Source: Felis catus
Lineage: Eukaryota
Direction: 5' to 3'
Assembly (NCBI RefSeq): GCF_018350175.1
Contig: NC_058369.1
Location: 7,380,001 to 7,444,000 of the forward strand
DNA: 64,000 bases
The notes beneath the pieces are model-generated. The model had not been told where the DNA came from and made no database searches. It saw only the letters and a program-made list of their open reading frames with translations. Each line of letters opens with the position of its first letter. Position 1 is the first letter of the stretch. The position numbers were made by a program, and so were the translations under genes. Below are positions 52,191-64,000 of this stretch, one piece after another.

Positions 52191-53955
52191 CTGCTGGGTA
52201 TGGCCGCCACTCCCCACACAAGGCTGTTTTCACTTAAATTAATTAAAACTAATATTAGAGACTATTCCTCACACTGGCTGCACTTCAGGTGTTCAGTAGC
52301 CACATGTGGCCAGCGGCTGCCATCTTAGCGCAGATAGAAAACATTTCTATCCTTACGGCAAGTTCTTTTGGGTGGTGCCGGTCTGGATCTCGCGTGTGGT
52401 TTTATCATCCATCCAGGCTCTGCCACCGCAGACCCCAGACCCCTCCTGGGCTGCTCTTACCCCATATAACCAGTGCCTTACCCAGACCCAGACAGCCCGG
52501 GTTCCCATCTGGCTCTGCCCCAGCCCTGGCTCTGTGACTTTGAGAAAGTTACTTAACATCTCTGAACCTGTCTTTTGACTTGTAAAATGAGTATTTTGAC
52601 CATTGAACCTATCTCCTAGGGTAGTTGTGAGCACTCTGACCTAATGCAGTAAAGCCTGAATAACAGTTCCTGGTGTCCAGGAAATGTTCTCTAGTTGCTG
52701 GCGGTCATTAGGGTGGTTGTTATTAGCCCAGGCCTGGCCAAGTGCACACTTGGTCAGTATTGGCTGTTTTACTATCCCATCCCAGTATTTGGCCTATAGG
52801 ATATTACTTACCCAAACCCACGCACCCCCCCCCCCCCCCCACGGTGTCTAGCACGATCCATGCATGGCCCCTGTGAGCCTCCTACCTCAGCATTATAGAG
52901 AGAAGCAGAGTTCATGCACAGAATCTGGACTGAGCTCCGTGAAGGCAGGGACTGGCTTTCTTCCCACCATATTCCCAGCGTTCAACACACAGCCTGGCCT
53001 AGAGTCCCTGCTCACAGCATTGTTTCAGGAAGCAGCAGGAAGCGAGAAGGATTCCTAGCAGAGGAAATGGCAGAAGTAAAGGCCTAGGGCAAGGCTGTAG
53101 CCAGGACTCTGGGGAAAGACCCTTCAAGGGCATGTCCCAGCCAGGTTGAGGAGGGCTCTGAATGAGTTGAAGAGTTTGGGTCCTTTCTGGAGACGGCAGG
53201 AAACACACGGCTCCATGTGCCTGGGGGCTGGGCCTGTGACGCTTTGCTTTCAGGAGAGAGCTGTGTGGCTGGAGGGTGAAGGGCCCGGGAGGCCGGGGGT
53301 GCCCGGAGCCCAGCTGGTTGGGTCTAGCAGTGAGCGATGAGGGGGGGTCTGCCCGCCTCAGGGGAAGCAGAGGAAGTAGGTGGGGAAAGCCCAGAGAATC
53401 ACGAGGGGACTTCTCGAGTCCTCCCAGCTCAAATGGTCCCTGTCCTGAGGCTTTTGGAGCCACGAGAGTGGGCAAGAGGTAATAGGCATTTGGAGATCGA
53501 GTGACAGGAGGTGCCACCACTGGCGGAGGGGACTCAGGAAGGGGCGCAGTCCGGGGAGGGACTCCTGAAATCTGAGGAGCCCGAGGAAGAGCTGTTGGGG
53601 GCAACTGTGAGAGGGTCCAGGTTCAGCAGAGCACCCAGGCCAGAGAGGGAGACCCTTGGGACGATCCTGGCGAGAGATGGCAGGAGGCTGAGGCAGGTGG
53701 GCACGGGGAGATCTGAGCGCAGCTTGGAAGGAAGGCTGTCACACCCTGGGGACTGCCTAGGAGGGGCAGGTGAGGGTGCCTCCCCGTCTCCAGGAGGGAT
53801 GAGTGTGTGCCTGGTGGGCTGATACTGTGGTGGGAGTGGGGGTGGGGGTGCTGAGGTCAGCTTAGGCCTTGGCAAAGGGGTAACTGGGAGGTGCTCCCAG
53901 GAAGTAGCCGGGCTCTGGGGCCTAACCTTAAGTTGGCGCAGACTCGGGGGTGTTA

Positions 53956-54110
53956 GCAGGGGCTGGCTGCACGTACCTGCGCGGATGGCCTGGGGGCCCT
54001 GCAGCTCCGAGCAGTGTGACCTGCTGGGCCAGGGAGCGGTGAGGGGAGCAGATTCTGGAGAGTTGAGAAGGCAGAATCAGGAGGACTGGGTAACGGATTA
54101 GTTGGGTGGG
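53956..54110 (+). repeat. Copy 1 of a ~155-bp local direct duplication in PIN1 intron 2
   Basis: Matches 55028-55180, e.g. GGATGGCCTGGGGGCCCTGCAGCTCCGAGCAGTGTGACCT and GGGAGCAGATTCTGGAGAGTTGAGAAGGCAGAATCAGGAGGACTGGGTAA. Confidence 0.9.
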
Positions 54111-55027
54111 AGTAGGGTAAGGTCAGAAGCAGTGTGGCCCGTCCCGGAGTCACACGGAGATGGAGCCTGGTGCCAGCTGTGAGGCCTTGAGCAAGTGTCT
54201 TTATTCTCTGAGCCTCAGCTGCATCATCTGTAGAATGGAGACAGGATGGCCTGAGATCCAGGGGCCGGCAGCTGACTGCCCAGCAGAGCACTGGGCTCAG
54301 TGCCTGGCGCTTGCTGTCCCCACACGACCCCTGTCACTCGGGCACGCGTGGCCGGGCGCGGAGGTCTAGGCAGGGGCTCGGGAGCCTGGTGCGCTCAGCG
54401 TGCAGACCCTCCGGTGACCCTGGCCTGCTGACTCGGCGTCTTGGAGCGGGGGGGGGGGGCTGGCACAGGCTCCCGGGGGGTCGTTAGGAGAGCGCAGTGA
54501 GATGGCCCAGGCCGCGGTGCGCTTCGTAACCAGACGCTCGGGTGTGCCGTGTCAGCAAGCTTGGGGTGTCGGGGCCCGGTTTTCTCTTCGTGAAGGTGGA
54601 TGTTCCCTGCGTCCTGGGCTCGGTCCGGGTGATCAGGAGATCAGGATTTGGGGTTGACTCTCACCAGTACCCATTTAGATCCGGCGCTCCCCCACTGCCC
54701 CGAGGGGACGGGCTGCCCGCAGTAAGAACCAGTGTGCGCATTTTCTGCTGAGGCACCTTTTCCCAGCGTCGGCTCCACTGCAGCTGCTGGGCTACGGCCA
54801 GGCCCTGTCAGGGATCTGAGGACCAGCTGCCTGTCATTGCCAGTGTCCTTGTGTAAGGAGGCTGGGCTGTGGAGAAGCCCTCTCCACCTGCTCCCCGTCC
54901 CTGAGGGTCCCAGGGAGGCCCCGGTGTGAGCAGCAGTCCCCTCAAACATACTCACACCCGGGGTCTGAGGGTCAGTGAGCACCTTTGACCTAGTGTCCCC
55001 ACACAAGGTCAGTGACTCAGGAGTATT

Positions 55028-55180
55028 GCAGGGGCTGGCTGCATGTACCTGCATGGATGGCCTGGGGGCCCTGCAGCTCCGAGCAGTGTGACCTCACGGG
55101 CCAGGGAGGGGTGACGGGAGCAGATTCTGGAGAGTTGAGAAGGCAGAATCAGGAGGACTGGGTAATGGATTAGTTAGGTG
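55028..55180 (+). repeat. Copy 2 of the ~155-bp local direct duplication
   Basis: Same shared blocks as 53956-54110, offset 1072 nt. Confidence 0.9.
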
Positions 55181-55375
55181 TGGGGTGGGTGCTGGCTTCA
55201 GGCTGGGTCTCTGGCCTCCCTGGGCTCCTCCTTCTGGATCTTGGGTCTTTTGGGACAGCAGACCTAATCCTGTCACCTTTTTCTCTGTCCAGGCCCCTTC
55301 CCTAGTTTGTCCCTGAACCTTTTTAGAGTCAGAGGCCACCCCATTATTCACTCACTTTCACCTAAATGATTATGG

Positions 55376-56207
55376 TGTATTAGCTCGGGGTGTTCTAACA
55401 GAATACCACAGACTAGGTATTTATTTGCCATAGTTCTGGGGCTGGAAGTCTGGGACGAAGGTTTTTTTTTTTTTCTTTTTTTTTTTTAATGTTTGTTTAT
55501 TTTTTTTAATTAAATTTTTTTTTTTAACATTTATTCATTTTTGAGACAGAGAGAGACAGAGCATGAACGGGGGAAGGTCAGAGAGAGAGGGAGACACAGA
55601 ATCCAAAACAGGCTCCAGGCTCTGAGCTGTCAGCACAGAGCCCGACGCGGGGCTCAAACTCACAGACTGCGAGATCATGACCTGAGCCGAAGTCGGACGC
55701 CCAACCGACTGAGCCACCCAGGCGCCCCAATGTTTGTTTATTTTTGAGAAAGAGCGTTAGCAGAGAGAGAGGGAGACACAGAATTTGAAGCAGGCTCCGG
55801 GCTCTAAGCTGTCAGCACAGAGCCCAGTGCGGGGCTTGAACCCACAAACTGTGAGATCATGACCTGAGCTGAAATCAGACACTCAACTGACTGAGCCGCC
55901 CAGGCACCCCTGAGATGAAGGTTCTGGCCAATCCAGTTTCTGGCAAAGACTCTTCCTGGCTTGGAGACAATTGCCTTCTCGCCGCGCGCTCATGTGGCCT
56001 TTCCTTGGCGTGTGCACGTGTGGAGAGAGAGACGGAGCTCTCTGGTGTCTCTTCTTATAAGGACACTAATCCTATGGGATCAGGGGCCTCCCCTGTGACT
56101 TCATTTAACCTTAATTACTTGCATGAAGGCCCATCTCCAAATACAGTCACATTGGGGGTTGAAGCTTCAACATATGAATTTGGGGGGACACAATTCAGTC
56201 CCTGACA
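55376..56207 (-). mobile_element. MLT1-type MaLR LTR interrupted by two CanSINEs (~55463-55910)
   Basis: TGTATTAG...AACAGAATACCACAGACTAGGT...TTCTGGGGCTGGAAGTC, resuming at ~55912 and ending TTCAACATATGAATTTGGGGGGACACAATTCAGTCCCTGACA. Confidence 0.75.
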
Positions 56208-57231
56208 TATGGACTGACAAGTAGTAACTGTCAGGCTTGCTTCACCCCAGCCACTGTTCCAGCAGTAACTACCCCTCCTGGTAGCCCTTCTGGTGGGAGC
56301 TGCTGTAATCAGCCCATTTTACGGGCCAGGCAAGTAAGGCTCCGAGAGGCAGTCACCCCCACAGAGGGTCACAGAGCTCAGGATGGGAAGAGCTGAGGTC
56401 TGAATGCAACAGTTGGGGTCCAGAGTTTACCCTCCTTAGCCTCAGAGACGCACTGAGCCGGCCAGCCCGTGATCTGTCAGCAGCGACAGGTGCCCTGCTG
56501 TCGTGCACACGGTTTCCGGGGCTCCTGATCTGCCCTTCCTGAAGCAGGTGGAAGTTCCCCACTCCAGACTGGGAGGTCCTTGAGAGGCTGCCCCTGGGTC
56601 TGCCTCGCTCTCAACTGGAGCCCCTTTGGATGGGTGCCGTCTTGGTGAGGGGTGTTGATGTGGGCAGGTTAGGCCAGGGCGTTGCCAGGCGGGCAGGGGA
56701 GGGTTTCCTTTTCACCCTCTTGAGCATTTGGAACTGAGATGCACAAAAAAAAGACACGAGGTTCCAGCATTTCTGCCTGAAGAGCTGAGGGGGATCCCTG
56801 TCCCTCCTTCCCCGTGGCCTGTTTCTGTCTCATTTATTCATGAATTTCTTCAGCATTAGCACCTGTTCTGGGCACAGAGCTGGGAACTGGGAACCCAGCA
56901 GTGAGCAAGGCCAACCCAGCCCTGCCCTCTCAGTATGAGGTGACTGACAGACCACAGACAGGACATTGGTAAACGCACGGAGGCTTCCTCATGCAGTGGG
57001 GGTCTTAGGAAAGGCTCCTCAGTGAGGCCAGAGGACAGCAGACAGGAGGAGACCATTAAGCAAAGGCCTTGAGGTGCTGGGGGCAGGGCAGGACTGGGAG
57101 GGGCGTCATGGGGGATGGGGTAATACTGAGCTGAGGGGATGCACAGGGTTCTGAGGGTTCCCTCGCATCTTGGCTTGTGGGCCAGACTCCTGAAGGTCAA
57201 CTTCTAGAAAGGGGAGATTGGAAAGGAGTGT

Positions 57232-57450
57232 TTTGTTTTTAATTTTTTTGTTTAACATTTACTTATTGTTGAAAGACAGAGCACGAGCAGGGGAGGAGCA
57301 GAGACAGAGAGGGAGACACAGAATCCGAAGCAGGCTCCAGGCTCCGAGCTGTCAGCACAGAGCCCGACGCGGGGCTCGAACTCACGGACCGTGAGATCAT
57401 GACCTGAGCTGAAGTCGGACGCTTAACCGACAGAGCCACCCAGGCGCCCC
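57232..57450 (-). mobile_element. CanSINE in PIN1 intron 2
   Basis: Reverse-complement SINE ending GAGCCACCCAGGCGCCCC, flanked by TGTTTTGTTTT. Confidence 0.9.
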
Positions 57451-59789
57451 TGTTTTGTTTTGTTTTGTTTTTAAGTCACTTAAGGCTCCTGTCCAAGCAG
57501 AATGTTTTCTGAGAGTTGGTTGGCCAGGGAAAGATTTGGGTGCTGTGAATGGTGGCGGGTAAAAGCTTGCCTTTTATTAGATTTTTAGGCCGCTTTCAGC
57601 GTATGTGTACCTTGGCCAGGCCGTCTAGTCTCCGGGATCCCTGCTGACTCCCGGCCCCAGCTGCTGGAGGATGTGGCAAGGAGGGGCTCGCCCTGGGCCG
57701 GGGGGCTGGGCCTGGCCCTGCAGGTGCGGGGCCTGTGCGGACAGTTATGCTTCCCGGAGGCAGGCAGGTACAGCGGGGAGCACCGCGCTCAGGATTCTCC
57801 GGCCAGCGTATTGGGGTCCACACAGAAAGGAAAGGAGGCAGAATCTTGAGGCTGCCCAGGTGAGGCAAGGAACGATCAGCAGAAGTCCAGGGAATTCAGA
57901 AGGAGGCCTGTGTTCGTGACGTCCGGTTCAGCTTGGATCACGGATGGACACAGCTGGCACAGGGGGCCCCCTAGCCGCCCCAGGGACGTGTTCGACCACA
58001 CCAGGGCGGTACAGGCAGAGGCCACCACAGCCTCCAGGGGGTGGGGCTTGTGTGACATCGGCGAGCCTTTCTGACCAGGCAGCGTACCACACTGACGGCC
58101 GGACCAGACTGAGACGTGCGGGCGAGGGAGACCGGGGATGGGCAGATCGGACAGAAATAGGGGTAGCGTTCTCACTGGGATGCACAGCCCTCACAGAAGG
58201 GAGAATTGTGACAGCAAGTGACATTTGTCAAGGTCCCCGTGCCGGGCACCGTGCTGTGTGTCGCCGTGGCCTGCCGGAAAGTGGCTAATGGTTCAGAGGC
58301 AAAGGGATGGTCAGGACATGACGAGAGTGACAGGAACACGGGACAGGCAGGGTGGTGGGGACAGCCGTGGAAGCAGCCAGGCAGATCAGGTTCCAGGACA
58401 CGGTCGCTGCCTTGACGTGCAGCAAGATGGAATGATACGTGTGTGGTCATGGTTGTGTATTTTGGTCGTGGTCCTCGCAAAGTCTGCGCTAGCTCAGCGT
58501 CAGGCAGATGGCCCTGCCTGGGTCTCGGCTTCAGTGCACGAGAGAGAGATTAATCAGCAGTGTCTCTGGCGCTCAGACAGGATCAGTGGAGGGAGTGTCA
58601 CCGTGGTGTTCAGAAACGCACTGGCAGGTAGGACAGGTGATCCTCACCTGCGGTGTGGGCTGGGTGGGTGTGTGGAATGTCCCCAGGAGAGTAGCTGTCA
58701 GGGAAGCCACGTGGGAGCAGCTCGAGGTGAAGGGCCATTCTGGTGGTCTGGGGCTGGATGTCCTGGGGGCCCCGCCCAGTGGCTGCACCCGCGGTGGGGT
58801 GGGGGGTGGTGGTGATGCAGGGACCAGACTAGCAGGAGCACTCACTCATGTGCCAGGCCAGCTGGTTGGAGCAGGAGGGAGGCATTTAGGGGAGGAAGGG
58901 ATGGCTTCTGGCTGCAGGAGCTCCTGCCTGGACTGCACAGCGACTGGGGGCTCCTCCCCACGGTGCACACACAGTCCTCCCGCGCGCTCTGCACCCCACA
59001 CGTGAGTCACCCAGGTGCGCTGTGCTGCCCCCGGCCTCCCTCTCCCCGCAGGGAGAGTCGGCGCCCAGTGGGGACAGTTCACACCCCACAGAGGGTGAAT
59101 CCAATGCCTGGTGCCAACACATCCTTTAGGGGCAGCTGGGGGAACTGTGTCAGCCACCTCTGGGGCCATAGTCAACGTGAACAACACGTGTCCCACCTAA
59201 GCTGCCTTGTGGTCTCTTCACAATGCCCCAGTGAGCAGCCTGGACCTTCATCCCGCTTTCTATACATTGGACAACTGAGGCCCAGGGGCTGAGGAGTTAG
59301 CTGGCTCCTGTGGCAGAGCTGGCCTGGTCCCCCGGGCTCCTCCCTTTCTCCTAAAAGTCTCTAGAAAGTTTCCCCATCCCTGCCCCCGGGGGATCTTGGA
59401 CTGGGTGGGAGGGGGAGCCTGGGTCCCAGCATCTCTCTTCAATGTCAGCCCAGCCTTCTGCTGTCCTCCCCCATGTATGTGTGCAGGGTAGGAAGAGGTC
59501 ATGCTGTGTTCATGTCCTGTTTGTGGGGGGAGGCGGTGGAAGTGACAGCGGGGGTGGAAGAATGGGGGCGAGCCCAGCATGGCTGTCGAGGCCACTGCAG
59601 GGCCAGGGTGTGCACACATGTGGAAGGCACCGTTTCTTGGACAGTGTGACTGCACACACGTCGGGGGTGGGGAGGCGTTCGTGGATGTGTGTGAGGCCAG
59701 TGTTCACATGTGCATGTGTGCAAGGTAGGGCAGGGGTTGCATGCCGCCCTCCATCTGGAGCCCTCCACCTCGTCCCAGCCTGCCTTTGA

Positions 59790-60014
<225 letters not shown>

Positions 60015-60800
60015 TAGAGGTTGGGAGGGGCGGTCCCTGCTGCAGAAGCCTTGAGGCTCCACCAGGTGGCAGCACAATCCCTCAAGCTTCAGTGGTTGCC
60101 CTGCTTGGGGGTGGCTGGGCCACAGAGCCTCCTGCCTGGTGTCCTTCAGTCCTGGGGTGGAGGGGTCGGTCTGCGTGTCTCTGTGCAGTTGTCCCCATCA
60201 GGGACCCAGTAAGGTAGGTACTCTCCTCCTGTTGGGGGTATAAGGCTGAGTCCCCTGAGCGCCCCAGGGCCTGTCCCCTAGAATGCCCCTCCCAACACCA
60301 CCTTCAGGAGTGGGGACAGCAGGAGAGAAGGGAGGAGGGTGAGGGGAGGGTAGCAGCCCTGGCTTTAGGCCTGTCTGGCTCAGGCAGTGCAACGGGAGGA
60401 ACAGAGGAGATCAGCCACCACCCCCTCCTGTTCCTCCTCTCCCCCTCCATACTGGGGTCTGCAGAGCATCAGGGCCGGGCCAGAGATGGGGTGAGGCGGG
60501 AGGGGGGCGGTGTCGGCAAGGGGCTGTGAGCCAAGGCAGGCAGGACAGATGATGTGGCGGGGGCTGGGATCGGGGGGCCCAGGGAGGTGAGTTCATCACT
60601 GAAATGTGTCTCTGAGTGCACAGCAGCACCTCTGCCTGCCATCCTTCATGCTGTCCTCAGGCTTCCTGGGGCTTCTTAATGGCCCTGCCGCCCCACAGTG
60701 ACAGGGCCGTAAACCGCGTGATGGATGAGCAGGAGGCTCGGCGCAGGTGGGAGCCCCATCTGCCCGCCCTGCCCGGTCGTGGCCCGCGGCCATGTCTTGA

Positions 60801-60941
<141 letters not shown>

Positions 60942-61436
60942 GGGGTGTGGGTGGCCCAGGCCCGGCCTGCAGGGTAGGGCGGGGCTAGACGGGTGGTTGG
61001 GCCCACGGACCCTGCTGCTCCCTGCTGGCCACCAGGTGCCCCTCCCTGCTAATGTCACAGTATTTATTGTTCCCAAAATGGCCGGGGGTGGGGGAGCTCT
61101 TCACCACTGGGGGCTCCCTCTCTGCCCCCAGTTGGGGCTGTCCCTGCGAGACTCCTCTCCCCTTTAGGAATTGACTTGAGAAGGGCGGCTGCGTGGGGAG
61201 GCTCCCAGACAGAAGGGGTGGGGGTGACCCGTCCCAAAGAGAAGGCCTAGTCAGCTGAGCTGCCCCCTGCGTCCCCCGACCCAAGTCCAGGATGGGGGCA
61301 GGAGGCCCCCGGTTGTTTCTGGTTATGCTATGTTCCTCTATTCAATTGCAAAAAGCACATGCTCCACTTGGGGCCCGGGCCGCCCAGCCGCCTTGGGGCC
61401 TCGCTGAGCATCAGTGCAGCACCCCCCTTGCCCTCC

Positions 61437-61442
61437 ATTAAA
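61437..61442 (+). terminator. PIN1: PIN1 polyadenylation signal (ATTAAA)
   Basis: ATTAAA ~500 nt after the stop, with downstream TGTCCTGTGTCT. Confidence 0.75.
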
Positions 61443-64000
61443 CTTGGAACCACTGCTCTGCTGTCCTGTGTCTCGTTCCCTCCCCGCTGAGGCGAGGGGG
61501 CAGCTGTCGGAGTGGCAGTCCTGTTCCGCCGTCCCTAGTGTCCAAGCTGCATTTCCTCCCTGAGAAGCTCCTCTTCATCCTGGGCCCCGGGGGCTCCTAG
61601 CGGGGAAGACACCAGTCAGCGCCAGTGGTCCTCGAACTCGGGTGTTCAAGAATGTTCTAGAAGGCAAGAGCAGTGCACTGGCCCCACATCTCTGCATGCA
61701 GCAGACCCAGGTGGAGCTGGGGATCTGCAGGGGATCCTTGGAGAGCCAGACTGAAGCCTCCCGCCCCCACTGCGCTGGGTGCCCTCCACACACACACACC
61801 CCCATACCCTCCACAGGCCGCTCCTAAATAGAACAGATTACATCCAGCACCCTGATGCCTGCTTCCCTGTTACCGCAAATGCTTCTGGCAGGTTGTTCCT
61901 GGGTCCTGCCTCCTCCTCAGATGTTGTTACCTTAGCAACACGGAACCGGCGGGAAGGGAGAAGGGCCACTGCCGGGCACCTCTGAGAGCGGGCGTCCCGC
62001 CCGGCCCTCTGGAGGAGGGCGTCCCTGGACTGGACCGTGGGTAAAAGGCTGTCTTGGGAGCAGAGGGGATCCCTGTGGCACATCAGGTGGACGCACCTGC
62101 CCGGTGGCCTGCGGGTGTGGCCCCCTGGTTTCCATCACCTCACAGCTGCCCCTGTGCCAGGGCCTAGGCTGGGGGCCCAGTTCATTCAGGGGGTTTGTGG
62201 GTTTCACCCACTCTGCCCCCTCAGTTAATGGGAACCAGTCCGGATCGGGGGGTGGGGGATGGCAGGCTAGCAGGGCTCGGGGACCTGAGCAAAATAAAGG
62301 CCTGCCCAGCCCTACTGACCCCAAGGGAGGCCCCCGAGACTGTGTCTCATAAACAGTCACCTGGGCCAACTCCCATCTGGCTGGTTTCTGGAGCGATCGC
62401 TCTCTGCTCACTGCCTGCCAGAGTGTCATTAGGAAGGTTTAATGGGTTTCCTCGGCTCTGGCAGGCTGTGGGGGGAGCCGGCGGGCTGGCTGCACCTCCA
62501 AGCAGAATCTTAACATCGCCTGCGGGGGCCACGAGGCAGGCAGCAGCCCGTCCCTCGTTTGCACCAACAATTTTGTGGGGTCCCGGAGGGCTCACCCACC
62601 CCCACCCCCACCCCACTGAGACAGCAGAGCCTCTGGGAAGGGGCAGGAAAGAGGGCGGGGCAGGGGGGAGGGTGTGGAGAGGGGGTGGGTTGAGACACCG
62701 CTGGGGAGTGTGATGTGTTTTCCTGGGTGGGGTTGGCAGGGAAATGGTCTTTGTGGCATTCTCTGTTACTTTGGGCGCGTGTGTGTGTGTGTGTGTGTGT
62801 GGCCATGTGACTCTAGTTATCCCTAGGTGTGTGTCCTGGGTGACACTGGGAGTCCCCCCAACTGGATGTGACCACTCCCCTCCGTGGACCTCCTCCTCCC
62901 TTTGTCCAAACAAAAGAATATGGCTGTTAAGTAAACGTGCCCGGAGTCGGCTCAGTGTCAGGCTGTGGCTCCCCTCACCTGCTGCACATTCCCACCCGCT
63001 GCCTCCTGCCTGCAGGTGGGGCTGTAAATCCCAGGCCTTCTGGGAACGACGAAGGTGCATTCGTCCCTCCTGGCCCTTTAGTTGGGCATTTCCCCGCCCC
63101 AAATGCCCTGGGGACGGGGGTGGTTTCCACTCTCCTGCCACAGGCACCAGCTCCTGCTTCTGTGGCCATGTGGCAGGGCCGGAGTAGGTCACCTCAACTC
63201 AGGGTGACGCGGGCACTGCCACGAGATGGGCTACGAAGCTTCTCCAGGGTGGCCAGGCACACGTCCGGAGGGGGAAAGCCAGAGTTGGCAGCAGGCAGCC
63301 TAAGGCACACAGATCCTGGCCTGGTCTGGGGAGGAGGGGTATTCCTCTCCTGCCCTACCTTGGTTGGCACAAAAGCTACAAACAAGCGGCAGGAGTGCTG
63401 GGGCCTGCCTCTGTGTGTGACAGGGGGAGAGGGCGCCAGGCGCTCTGGGCATCACTCGGAGGACAGGCGTACCGACGGGACAGACACCCACGGCCCGCCC
63501 GGTATTCTGTGCCCGGTTCCAGGTTTGTGTGTGTTTGGGACAGAGACTCAGCAGCCCTCAATCCCAACCTTACTTTGGGAGTTGGAGAGACCAATGAACT
63601 TCTGCCCGCCCCCACTGTGAGCTATCTGAGGGATTTGCCTCCAAATCAATGTATGGGGGCGGGGGCTCAGGGGACCTAAGTGTCCCAGCCCTGTGTTTTT
63701 TTTTGTGATTTTTTTGTTTTTTTTTTTTTTAAGCAGGTACAAAGCGCCTCTCCGTGGGCTTATCTGGGAATCAGTTCTTTTTCAATGTCAAACTTGTCAA
63801 TTTAAATGGAAATTAATTGCTTTTCTTGAAGATTTCTTTAAAAATTGGTTTTAAATGAGTGCATTAGGCAGTCCCATTTATTATTCATTGGTTTCATTCG
63901 CAGCATGGCCCTGTGTCCCGAGTTCCCGGAGATGGCAGCATGGAGCGGAGATGATTTAATCAGAGGTCATTAATTAGAGATGGGGGTGGGGGGTAGCTCC

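Overview
Mammalian, not microbial, DNA from a carnivore, most likely a feliform/felid (feline-type CanSINEs, carnivore L1s). It is orthologous to the human 19p13.2 KRAB-ZNF cluster edge / FBXL12 / UBL5 / PIN1 interval. Three intact genes were reconstructed exon by exon: FBXL12 (minus strand, 3 coding exons, 326 aa), UBL5 (plus, 4 coding exons, 73 aa) and PIN1 (plus, 4 coding exons, 163 aa). The left 29 kb is repeat-dense. It holds a decayed full-length L1 and an inverted partial L1 that shares its private inactivating lesions, three degenerate KRAB-ZNF exons between the two L1s, two CpG islands, several solo LTRs and a DD36D Tigger/pogo transposase remnant. The most notable observations are apparent gene conversion between the inverted L1s around the KRAB exons and two U12-type introns in UBL5. 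I see no evidence of a wholly new multi-gene system. Most short ORFs in the track are SINE/L1 or GC-rich noise. Repeat family names are from recognition only and percent identities are by-eye estimates.
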